Positions 40,647 through 51,163 of a stretch of 64,000 bases of DNA are shown here, piece after piece. A model generated the notes under the pieces. That model was not told the origin of the DNA, did no database searches, and was given only the letters and a program-made list of their open reading frames with translations. Made by a program: the position numbers and the translations under genes. Position 1 is the first letter of the stretch. The number at the start of each line of letters is the position of its first letter. Origin of the DNA: Balanoglossus misakiensis (taxonomy: Eukaryota; Animalia; Hemichordata); contig CM082578.2 in assembly GCA_040954595.2 (NCBI GenBank), positions 15,236,998 to 15,300,997 of the forward strand, written 5' to 3'.

Positions 40647-41660
40647 ATGAGCTACTTCTTCTTCGACACTGAGAACTGTTCAAGCTGCACCAGAAATCAA
40701 GACATCGGGCCAGAATTCTCCCTCAACTGGACTTATCCTGGCCCGCCAACATGCTACATGGACGACAATACATTGTTGATTCTCGTTCTGGTATTAGCAG
40801 TGTTCGGTTTCCTGGGAAACGCAGTCTTCATTTTTGTCGTCGTGCGCGAGAAGTCCATGCGTACATTGCCAAATTATTTCGTCATCAACCTGGCCGTGGC
40901 CGATCTTATGTGTCTTTGTGGGTTCCTACTTTTCCCGCTTCTGCGAAGTGTTGGAGTGGTGGAAATCGATATGGTCGTCTTTCTGCGCGTTTTCATCATG
41001 GATATTGCCACGTTTACGTCCATCTTCACGGTGGTGCTGGTCACCATCGATCGATACACAGCTGTTTGCCATCCATTTCGGGCCGCCCAAATGCAAGGAA
41101 AGCGACGGACATGTTCTCTCATCATGTCGTCATGGACACTTGGAATTTGCCTGGGCCTCGCTGAATTTCTCGTCTCCGTGATACCCTCGATTCGCGGTCT
41201 CAAGTCGCAAAAGGTCGTCATATTTCTGTTCATGATTTTCACGCTGTTGCCGCTGCTCCTGGTCATCCTGCTGTACACCTTAATTTCTCGTCAGCTGCTC
41301 AGAAGCGACATGACGCTGGAAAGGACTACTCGCTCTCGGGCCAAGTGGCGCCGCGAGAAACAAGTGCTGGTGGTGTGTACTTTTGTTCTCGTAGTTTTCA
41401 TCATATGTATGTTGCCTCAGATAGTCATGCTGCTTTATTCACCCTTCGTTCTGATATTCTCCGTGGCAATACCGATGGAATTGTCCTTTTGCCTCAGTTA
41501 CATTTCCCCGCTCATGATGATCATCAACTTTGCTGTGAATCCCTTTGTGTATAACCTGCCAAGCAAGGCCCAGAGACGGGCGTTCCTCCAGGCGTTCCGA
41601 CGAGGCAGGCGTCAGCAGAATACAAGTTTCAGTCGGAACTACAGCTTGACGTCAGTTTGA
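40647..41660 (+). CDS. Class A (rhodopsin-like) orphan GPCR, 337 aa, uninterrupted CDS
   Basis: ATG in GCCGCCATG Kozak context (the ORF track starts earlier at a TTG). Seven hydrophobic segments with GN (TM1), NLAVADL (TM2), DRY..VCHP (TM3), W (TM4), P..Y (TM5), FIICMLP (TM6), NFAVNPFVY (TM7). N-terminal sequons NCS and NWT; GC above flanks. Confidence 0.96.
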   Translation: MSYFFFDTENCSSCTRNQDIGPEFSLNWTYPGPPTCYMDDNTLLILVLVLAVFGFLGNAVFIFVVVREKSMRTLPNYFVINLAVADLMCLCGFLLFPLLRSVGVVEIDMVVFLRVFIMDIATFTSIFTVVLVTIDRYTAVCHPFRAAQMQGKRRTCSLIMSSWTLGICLGLAEFLVSVIPSIRGLKSQKVVIFLFMIFTLLPLLLVILLYTLISRQLLRSDMTLERTTRSRAKWRREKQVLVVCTFVLVVFIICMLPQIVMLLYSPFVLIFSVAIPMELSFCLSYISPLMMIINFAVNPFVYNLPSKAQRRAFLQAFRRGRRQQNTSFSRNYSLTSV

Positions 41661-42751
41661 TTTTAGCCGCCAGGGCGTGGCAGGGGAATCCTGTATCAGA
41701 TATTCTAAGATGTATACTGTAACGACTCTCGGATATTCTCAGATACATGTATATGTTTTAAAATTATTTAATGTGTTCAATGGCAAAGCTGAAGTAACGT
41801 CATATTCAAATGTTGACGGACGTTACTTTTATCACTACCGGCGTTGTTCGCTGGGTGACAACGCTCCTTCTACGTCTGTTCTGCTTTACACGCAGAGTGC
41901 AATGTACCGTAAACGTAGGTTATTTCTGACGCCTTCTGAAACATCTATTTGCACAGACTGAAATCCTGTATACTATGGGTGTCTTCACGAAGCTGGATAG
42001 TTTCCAAAGATTATTTTTGTTGTATCATCAATCCTAAAACCCATAGTATATGACAAAACGTGACTCGAAAGTAATGTCCAAAGCCTTGCTAAATCGAATA
42101 TAAATGGGCCATTTCCAAGGGAACAACGATGATGCACGTGACGCACAAAGAATAATGGGCGACAGCAATCCCAGTTATTCTTATCTATCTGTAATATTTA
42201 AGGTGACCGCACCACGCATTGCAATATATCTTCAGTAATACCACATCTTATTGTTGCACTACAGAAAAAAAATATATTTCAAAATAAAAATGCTACAGTA
42301 AAATTGATTACGAGCGCAGACGATTTTTACATATAATATTAATTTTTATATGTTTAAGTTAGATCTAGAAAACGTAATTATATATTCTACTTCGTGCCTC
42401 TCGAAGCAATGGTAGATTGGATTTTTTATGTTGAATCTCTTACCGCCTAACCGTACAAGAAGAGAGGAAATGACACAATCAGATAAGTCAATAAAATTAT
42501 GCAGCTGGAGATGGGAGACTGAAGTTTACAATCTGTATTCTAGGTGGTTTGGAACATTTTATAGTCCGTCTGGATGGTTGCCGATGTTATCGAACGCACA
42601 ATATATTACTTCTCTTCCGGAATCAAAATTTATGTCAGCAGGTTTCTTCTCTATGTTTTGCTCCTGAGCAAATGTTGTCTTACCGAAAACTTGTCCTTTG
42701 CCAAGAAGTGATCATGAGTACCTCAGTATGGAATGGATGATTTCCCGCTAA

Positions 42752-42958
42752 TTGCGAGATCTCGCGAGACCTGGTAAATTACCGTAGCGGGTTGGTAGCC
42801 AAGTTATATATAATCAAAGTTTTGTTTGAAAATAGGTGGAGTTTAACAAAAATGTACTTGTGACGTTTAACACTATGGTCCATATGTCCTGTGTCGGAGT
42901 GTTGTTTGCCCCCCCCCCCCCCCCTCAATAATTTGCCAAGCCACGCGAAATCTCGCAA
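42752..42958. mobile_element. Possible MITE-like remnant with 30-bp imperfect inverted repeats
   Basis: 42752-42781 matches the reverse complement of 42929-42958 at 25/30; internal C16 run; no target-site duplication identified. Confidence 0.4.
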
Positions 42959-43002
42959 GGTCTCGTGGAGTTCGGAAAACTGACCAGGAGTACTTCATTG
43001 AA

Positions 43003-43071
43003 TGTCTGTCTGTCTGTCTGTCCGTCCGAATGAATGAGTGAGATGAGTGAGTGAGTGGATGAATGAATGAA
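43003..43071. repeat. Compound (TGTC)n/(GAGT/GAAT)n microsatellite
   Basis: Directly visible. Confidence 0.85.
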
Positions 43072-45821
43072 ACAAACAGGCGTAATTAAAGTGACGCAAA
43101 TAAGCACAAGTTATTTTGCATTGGAGTGCGCGATGAATCGAGAAAGAATAGCCACTGGTGAGAGGAAAGCAAAACTCACGTCATTTGGGATTCACGTGCT
43201 CGGCTCCACCTCATCGTTAATCCTTGGCTTTTCTTCGCCCTTGCCAATACCCGTAATAGTCAGAGCGTCTACCCTTCTTTATTAAACCGCATTCAACACT
43301 GTTCAATTTTATGAGAGATCGCGAAGTAATATGTTACTCATAATTTTCTGGGAAGTCGTGAAGGTAATGGATCGGTAATGAACTTGACAGCAAAAGATAT
43401 ATATTATTCATTGGCGCCATAAATCTCGATCTCGCTAGTCACGATCTGAATTGAAAACAAGTTTTCCCTAGACACTGTTCTGCTATATTGCATCGCACGG
43501 CAGTGCGCTGCATTGGGCAGAAGGGACGGCTTGAGTTGTACGGAACAGCACGTTTAAATATATAAGGGACAAAGACACCGTACTAAGAAAAAGCAAACCT
43601 TTAGAGGTTTGCTCTTTTTAAGTTTATCGCTGAGTCAATGATAAGCCTATACTTCATTTTAAGGAGAAGCGCCTCGGGACAGATTTTCAAAAAGCGTTCA
43701 TTCTATGATATCTCAAACTGTGTGTGTGTGTGTAGCGGGGGAGTCATTTTCAAATCATAGAAGAAAACATAGTGTTCAGTCTTGTACAGCCATTTTTACT
43801 ATTTCTATGTTCATATCATTGCTCGAAATGTAGTATTCAAACAGGGTTCAATGGACAATATGTCTTAATATGACGATACACGTTGGCATTCTGACGTTAG
43901 CACGTGCACAAAATTTGAAAAAAATACTAATTTGTTTCTTTTCACAAGCAGGGACTGTACCACCGAGAACAGGTTGATAAGAGTGTAACAAACACTTTTC
44001 ATCGGACAGATCTCGAAGGCAGATCTTGCAGTATGGCGTCAAAGCTTTTGTGAAGTTCTATCTCATCATGACCCCCTGTTCTCTCAAAGATGATGCTTAT
44101 GCTTTTCAAACTCTCCATGACATTTAAGCGACGCGGTTTCATCAAACACATTCTCATTTGGGTATCGACGTTAGTATAATCGACACCCATAAATGATCGA
44201 TATTTAAATGTTAACAATCTCTCCTTACTCTGGTTCTCTTGAAATTAAACGTGTCTTTTGAAAACCCGTTCATCAAATGAATGTTGTTTAATTTCGAGAT
44301 AACGTTAATGTAGTTATCTTCTTGAGGAAGTCATATCATTCACGCTAATCTCTTGCTATTTCATCAGGACAATGACTTTAACGTTTGATTAGCCTGTCAT
44401 TGCATGTTGCCTATGCTACACCAAATTTGTCTGGCGTGTTGTTCATCGGGACCGGATATTCAGGAGTTGTCGCTTGTATTAAATGTTATACGCTGTGATA
44501 TATATCGAAGGTCGTCCGAAGTATGAGCATTTAGTTTTTTAGCCGACATGTGTGAGTGTGATCTTGAGTTGCGCTTTTCGATTGTGTTAAAAGAATGTAA
44601 AATGAATAAACCATTCGGTTTCACCTTTTAATTTAACACATCTGAACATTTCTGGTCTGCTTCATCGAAGTCATCCTCATGAGGATTTATTCTTCCTGAA
44701 AGAGTTGTTGACCCCTGCACACATGCCACACCTCGACATCGAGACACGGTGGAATATTAGAGTTCTGCTATCTTGCAGAGTAAACATAACTTCGTAAAAC
44801 CAAAAACAACGCAACACAAAACTGATATGAAGGTGCACGCCTTAAGTGCTGCATCTACACCCTATCGGAGAATTCAATTTCAAAGTTATTTTACAGTCCA
44901 GAGAGTTCTCAATGTACATACAGTTTCTGATACCACAGGTGAATCAAACGAGACTTTTGAAGAAAACAGTCATACTTGGCGGATAACCCCTCAGAATAAC
45001 CTCAACTACAGAACACGTGACATCAGCACCTTCTGCCCATCTGGACAGGACCTATGCAATTTCATAATATAGGACATTACGTGTGAATTACCCACTTACA
45101 CTGGTTGTATACATGTTATCTATTTTATGGACTATAACTAGCCTATATAAAAAGTTTGTATCATAATGCGTTGTCGATAGCTTTTTTAATGATGACCCGC
45201 GGCATTTAGACAAGACAACATTTACCTTCAAGTGAAATTTATCATCTGCAAAAATAATCTTCACTGCATGGGTTACAGTATGGGGACGCTACTCACAACT
45301 GCGCAGCTTCTCGGCGCATGATGTTATGCGAATCTATGAAACTGACACCATTAAAAGGAAAAATAATGGACTGTCTTTGGGCAGAATGAATTTTAATGTT
45401 CCTGATGAACATATTGTTTTGAAGGATAAATGCTAGCGCACGAATTCGAATTTTACGGCAGGTGTTTTGGCAGAGATATCTCAAGGCGAGTCTAGGGATA
45501 CCTATCATGTTGCGCTCATTTGTGGTCTCTGTTCTGTATCTGTTAAATTCAACTATCGGGAGATTTCCGCATTTTGGGATGCATCGTGAACATTTAACCC
45601 TCCCCAGTGAAATCGAAATCTGGCAAAATTAAAGATTCATGAATGACTTTGGTATAAGAGGTGACATACTGCACGAACGATGTTGATTTCGATACGCACA
45701 CATAATCACATTATCTGTTGTGAATACTGCCTGCACGCATTTGGGTCTATTTAGCTGAGCCTGACACCATTCTTTGCACGACGCGATGAAGTCTTACGGT
45801 TTATGACGACGGGTAGGGGAA

Positions 45822-45877
45822 TTCCTGATTTCCGATTTGTGAACTCTCGCGAGAGTTAGCTATTCGGAAATCAGGAA
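45822..45877. repeat. 56-bp interrupted palindrome (14-6-16-6-14)
   Basis: TTCCTGATTTCCGA / TCGGAAATCAGGAA perfect arms share a centre with the perfect palindrome AACTCTCGCGAGAGTT (45842-45857). Confidence 0.95.
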
Positions 45878-46069
45878 ATGCAGTGCGTCACATTTAATAA
45901 CCCAATCCCTGAGAGGAATGGTCACCTTTTGCAAAACTGACCAAAGGGGAAGGTCAGTGTTGGAAATTTTAGATTTCTCACTGTACAGCAAACATTATCG
46001 TGTAAACAAAGCAATAAACATACGTTTCCATTTTGAACTCGTCATTTCATTACATTTACGTCATGGTTT

Positions 46070-46560
46070 CTACTCTTGGGTTGAAAAATCTTGTGGGTCT
46101 GTCCCTTCCTGTTCCCACCTTGTTTTCGTTTATCGTTCTTTCGTTTATCGTGTCTCCCCATATAGTTGATTTTCTTTGCGTCATGAAATCCCATTACATT
46201 TGAATTATTCAGGGGCCAATCCTCTGATAATACCTTTCATTATCAGTAATTTTATTTCTCAAAGGGTCACCTTGTCGGTGGCCTTTGGTTTGTTTCCTTT
46301 CCCCTGCGTTTTTCAGATCAACGCGTCTTGCTGAAAGATAATTGCGTCATTTCTCAAACAACTTGTCTTGGGTAATTGGATGTCCGCATCCAATGTTTTG
46401 CGCAACGCCTCAGTCACTAAGTTTGTAGTTTGTCGTGGCGTTAGGTTCACTTTCCTGTTTGTGTTTTTCCCCGAGTCCGGTCGGGAGAAAGTAAGTTGTC
46501 ATTATATACTCGTCAAGGTTGGGCTGCGAAATGTTACAAAGCGAGTGGTTTTTCATTGCA
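46070..46560 (-). pseudogene. Decayed Crypton-type tyrosine recombinase (DUF3504-like) fragment
   Basis: Collinear motifs across stops and frameshifts: LDEY..YFL (from 46517), ESEP, ITQDKLFEK*RNYLSARRVDLK, GKGNKPKATDKVT (from 46303), WGD (46152-46160), NER, TKTR (46118-46129), FNPR. These match the recalled order in Crypton/KCTD1/QRICH1/ZMYM DUF3504 domains. The upstream ORF to 46888 may be its N-terminal part. Catalytic GLRG and C-terminal motifs are not recognisable. Confidence 0.75.
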
Positions 46561-49500
46561 TCGTAAGGCCGCAGGCAGAATTACTCAACATACACTTTCC
46601 GACCATGTTACTGTTTGATGCAGCTCTAGTGGAAAATTTACGAATATTTCTTCGCCAGACGGCAGCTGAATGAGGAGAAGCATCTCTTACGAGTTCTCCG
46701 GCGAGATCAGAGTCAGAAAGCAATATCTCGTTACTATGGGGCTTTTTCGCCGGGAGGTTTTCGTTGAGAACGCATCTTTTCGCTTGATCAGTGATATTTT
46801 CTGTGTGATTGTGGTATACGTGTTGAACATAAGAGTAGAATGTGCTTATAACATCTGTCAGTAGCAAATTTGTTTGTACGTTTACCACAAGATATTTTCA
46901 CTGACAGTTTTCGTTCAGTCCAACATGCTTGAAATTTGATGATATTGCGTGTTGCCTTTTGTTGCTCATTTGTGTCATTCTAAGCGCGCGTAAAAGGGTT
47001 TATGTTAAAAACAAGCCGGCGAATTATTTCAAGATACAATGAATTCAACGGATGTATTACAGGTAGGCTTAATGGCTCTGTCAAACACGTAACATAGACG
47101 TCGAATCTCGATTTCTCCTAATTTTAGCAGAATTTGTAAGCGATTCAACCCCTTGATTGCTGTCTAGAATTTCATTTATAATTCCCCACGCAAACACAAC
47201 TTCCCCTGTCATTCCAAGCATCATCCTCACCAACAACCTTCACGCAAGGTCATAAAACTGATAACGACCGCTGCCACATGATTAGTGTGTGATATCGCTG
47301 AACGTTCCCTCTTCACGAATCACGAGCTGTCTGTAGTTTGTGCCATGCCAGATTACCTTTTCACGGGTAAGTGTCGTGAAAATGCACAGTTGTCACGTTT
47401 TACCGCCCATCAAGGAAATGCTATTGAAAACTCGCCGAAACAGCTTCAATGACCATTCCGAGACACGCACGAGATCAAGGTCGTAATATAAATAACAAGT
47501 TGCTTTCTGTGGCCTTTCCTGACAAGTTTACGCTAACAGAAACACTGACCGAATCTTTTACACGAAATCTTTAAAAACAACCCTCCATCCACAAGACATT
47601 CCATGACAAAAATTAAGTGAGTTTTTGTTTAACTATACTGGGCGGATTTATTCAACTCGGGTGGTTGGCGGAAGACACTACTGGATTGCCAGTTGTGTGA
47701 TGTGAAAACTCCACTGATCCAGCTTTAAAGTAGTCCATCATGGGATGTACTTTCACAGTAGAAAGGATAAGCATGGAGTGAAAGGTTGATGAAGAAACGT
47801 TGGGAATGTGGTTCTGAAGATGGATAGTCGTGGTGTAAATGAGGATGCAGTGCCCAGACAGGATTGGTAATGATGAGATACAGGAGAAGCTCATACCCTT
47901 GGGAACATTGACTTTTGACCCCGCATGCTATAATTTGCGTAACTGGTGACTGGGAAGACAAACACAGAACTATTAGTTATACTGCGGATTTAAGGCTTCG
48001 GTGTAACAAAACCGCCATGAAATTGGATTCATTATCTGGCATGCTTAGGCGCGATAAGTCTTTAAGTTCCATGTAAGCTAATTTGCTCTACAAAGATTGC
48101 TACACTTTTTGTCATTATGATGGTTAAATGAGCGAACGGACTTGAACAGTAGTCGTAGCCAAATGTATTTAGAGTAGGGATTCCAAATATCTACATGCAA
48201 ACATTATAATAAACACACATTGAAGTTTTATCAAGTAGATAAATTTCCTGTTGCGTGCATAACTGTCATAATTAAGAGAGGCCTTTAACGATATATGTCA
48301 TTTAATGGCATGATATTTGCTGGCCATACACGACAATCGGCAGTCACTTGTTCATCTGCAACTATACTTCCTGCATATGGAAAATTGATCCAAAACGAAA
48401 GCATGAATTTATTCCATTTCTTCGGGTGTATTGTGCTAGTCATGTGTAGTGCATTATAAAACAGCAAAGGTCCAACACGTCTCCTTCAAAATTATTTTCA
48501 CACAATAAACCGTCGGAGGCGCAATAAAATCCCTGCCTACATTTAGTTAGTCATTATCACCATTTTTGCACTCTGGTCTCTTCAAAGTAGTGGGCAACAC
48601 CCCGTAAAACGAATTGCCATCTACGTTCTATGAATAAAACGAAGAAAGTGTAAGCTCTTGCAGAAATTTAACCACAACCCTACAGCGAGACATGGTACAG
48701 TCGTACACTATCATGCAGACGTCTAAGTGTATACATTGCGCGGTTTATCTCTATTATATCAGTGTGTAGTTGTTTGCGCCTTCGGCTTTAAATGGAAATG
48801 CAAGGATGGCGGCCAAACCAAAAGAAGCAACGTGTCCATGTAAATGTTAACTGGACGATTTGTAAATAATGAAAAAAAGGTTAACGTGTAACGGTTGTGG
48901 AGAAGAGCAAGTCAACAATTAAAATACATAGGAACAGACAATTTACGCTATCAGATAGTCGCAATGAAAGCAGTTTGGGCAATATTGATATACTTTCAAG
49001 AATACGATTTCCGCTTCTCAAATATTACCATTCCATTAGACAAAACTCCCCCGTTGGTGACATTAGGTTGTACAAAGTACAGACCGAGACCTTTCACATC
49101 AACATGCAAAATATATGACATCTGTATACTTTATGTGGCAGTACGAATAAGAACAAACTGATATACAAAGCAAGCGGGTAAATTCGATTGCCAACAAAAT
49201 ACTATCAATGATATCACCAAGAAAACCGTCAACACACTCTCTGCTTCAAGATACTATATATGCAAATTACGGACGCTATGAGTAGACCCAGGAGATATCA
49301 TTGAGGTATGAGAGAAAGTATACAGCATGAGTTAGACACTATGCGCTGAATTAAAATACTGTTTCAAGATCTTAGATAGGCTAATCTTATGACTCCCTGC
49401 TTGACCGCACCTTCCTCTAGCGAGTAACGTCTAACCGAAATTTGCCAAGAGAAAGTGTAAAGGTTAATTTCATCCATTCATCAAATCCATCGAACGTAAT

Positions 49501-51142
49501 GAATCTGTTCAATTAATGCCATAACTTTAGCTGTCGTGATAAAACTGTAGACACATCATGCATCACGTGATGAGAAAATCGTGGAATGTCCGACGTGAGC
49601 AAGAATATTATTTGTTTTCTATTCCTTCACGTGTGATTTATGACATACGGACACAACTAAAAGCCGATTTACTCAGAATGTTCCCCTACTTTAAGGTTAT
49701 TCTACCCTGGAAACATCAACAGTGATACAAACAGAGATATAGTTAGACGCAAGAAATATGGACTTTTAAAATCCTTAGATTCTGAGTGAAATATCACTCT
49801 CGAGTTTGGCTGTTCTTTTATATTCCCACTTAGGGTAATGCTTCGCAGAGTAATGATTGAACTAATGCATATACACTGAAGAGTTGGAGTGCTGAGAACT
49901 ACAAGGTCACATCATATAGGGTCAAACTGAACAGATGCGGCAAACTCTGCAAACAATGATTTTCACGAGGCACCAAAGGTATCTTCCTCACAATGTGTAG
50001 AAACCAACCCTGCTATTTCTTTCAGTGTTTTGCATGCAGCGACCGAAACTGAGCGGGAAAAACTGATCATATGGATTTACGCCACGGCATGTCTATGATT
50101 GTATCCTATTGCTCTCAACCACGTTTATGGCATCCGATAGTTCTAGGAAAGATTTCATACACTATGTAGGCTACTCATGTATGGATTGGATGTGTATATC
50201 AGATAATTTTTAGCAAGCCTGTCATGTCCTTCTCTCAAAACAATATATCTGAACTCTAAACGAGGATGATGGGTAGTAAGTATAAGTATAAGTAAGGGAA
50301 TGGGCAGTTCTTTCCGTCTGGGGGTCGGTGAAAAGGTGGGGAAATGCTCAATAGGGTTCTATCATGGAATATTTAATGGGGTCAGTGTGTTTTTGATTTT
50401 GAGAGAGCACACATTTCACATCGTACTAGTCCAAGTCCAAAATTGCACTAAATTACAACACGCCAGCGATGAGCCGCTTCATTTGAATTCATTTGTTCAA
50501 TGATGTCACCCTGTTTCGCTCTTAGCGATATGAGTAATCGACTCTTTCACGTCCCTTACTAGTAACTGACTCCCCAGTTAAAGCAACTGACCAGTCCCTA
50601 AAGTGACTGAAAGCTGTTTTTGACTCGAGGTAATGCTATTTCTTTTTACAAATTACTATTCTACGTTACTCGCATCTTCTTCCGATTGGGACCTTGAGAT
50701 GGATACATCTGTCCATTAGCTCTTTAGTCGAAAGCTAAGTCTAGGAGAGGTAGTATCATTTCATCCTGCCTGGAATAATACCTAATCATTTTGTGTTACA
50801 AAAATTCCCCAAGGTATACTGTATTATACAACAGCAGTTGCTAAGATATCGTGTCTTGAAGCCATCTAGCATGTTCCGAGCTAGGGGACCCTTTACGTCA
50901 ATAGCAATGGAAATAATATTTCATATCAAATGACAATTAAACTATTACTCTATAGATATCAGGTTTTGTATTTGGCATCAGATGTAACTGAAACTGCTTA
51001 TACCGGTGTGTGTTCGATCTCACGAGGAAATATTTGGCCTATTCTGTGAAATGTATTGGTTTTGTTTTACAGTTTCCCGTTTTTAGATTTGTTCAGTTGG
51101 TACAATTCAACTACATGTGACATGAATTTGTTTGGGAATTCG

Positions 51143-51163
51143 GTGTGTGTGTGTGTGTGTGTG
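51143..51163. repeat. (GT)10 microsatellite
   Basis: Directly visible. Confidence 0.9.

Noticed and set aside
40751-41554. Alternative-frame and antisense ORFs within the GPCR
   Set aside because: Expected shadows of a GC-richer coding sequence.
43592-43619. Hairpin AGCAAACCT-TTAG-AGGTTTGCT plus T run as an intrinsic terminator
   Set aside because: Eukaryotic intergenic DNA; a single 9-bp stem is compatible with chance.
43659-43850. TTAA-GG start suggesting a Kolobok/piggyBac-like MITE (similar starts near 42199, 49691, 58807)
   Set aside because: No matching opposite terminus could be paired within the window.
47646-47949. Minus-strand acceptor, 74 open codons and AATAAA as a terminal exon
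   Set aside because: Peptide unrecognisable and no upstream coding exon can be linked; could be non-coding.
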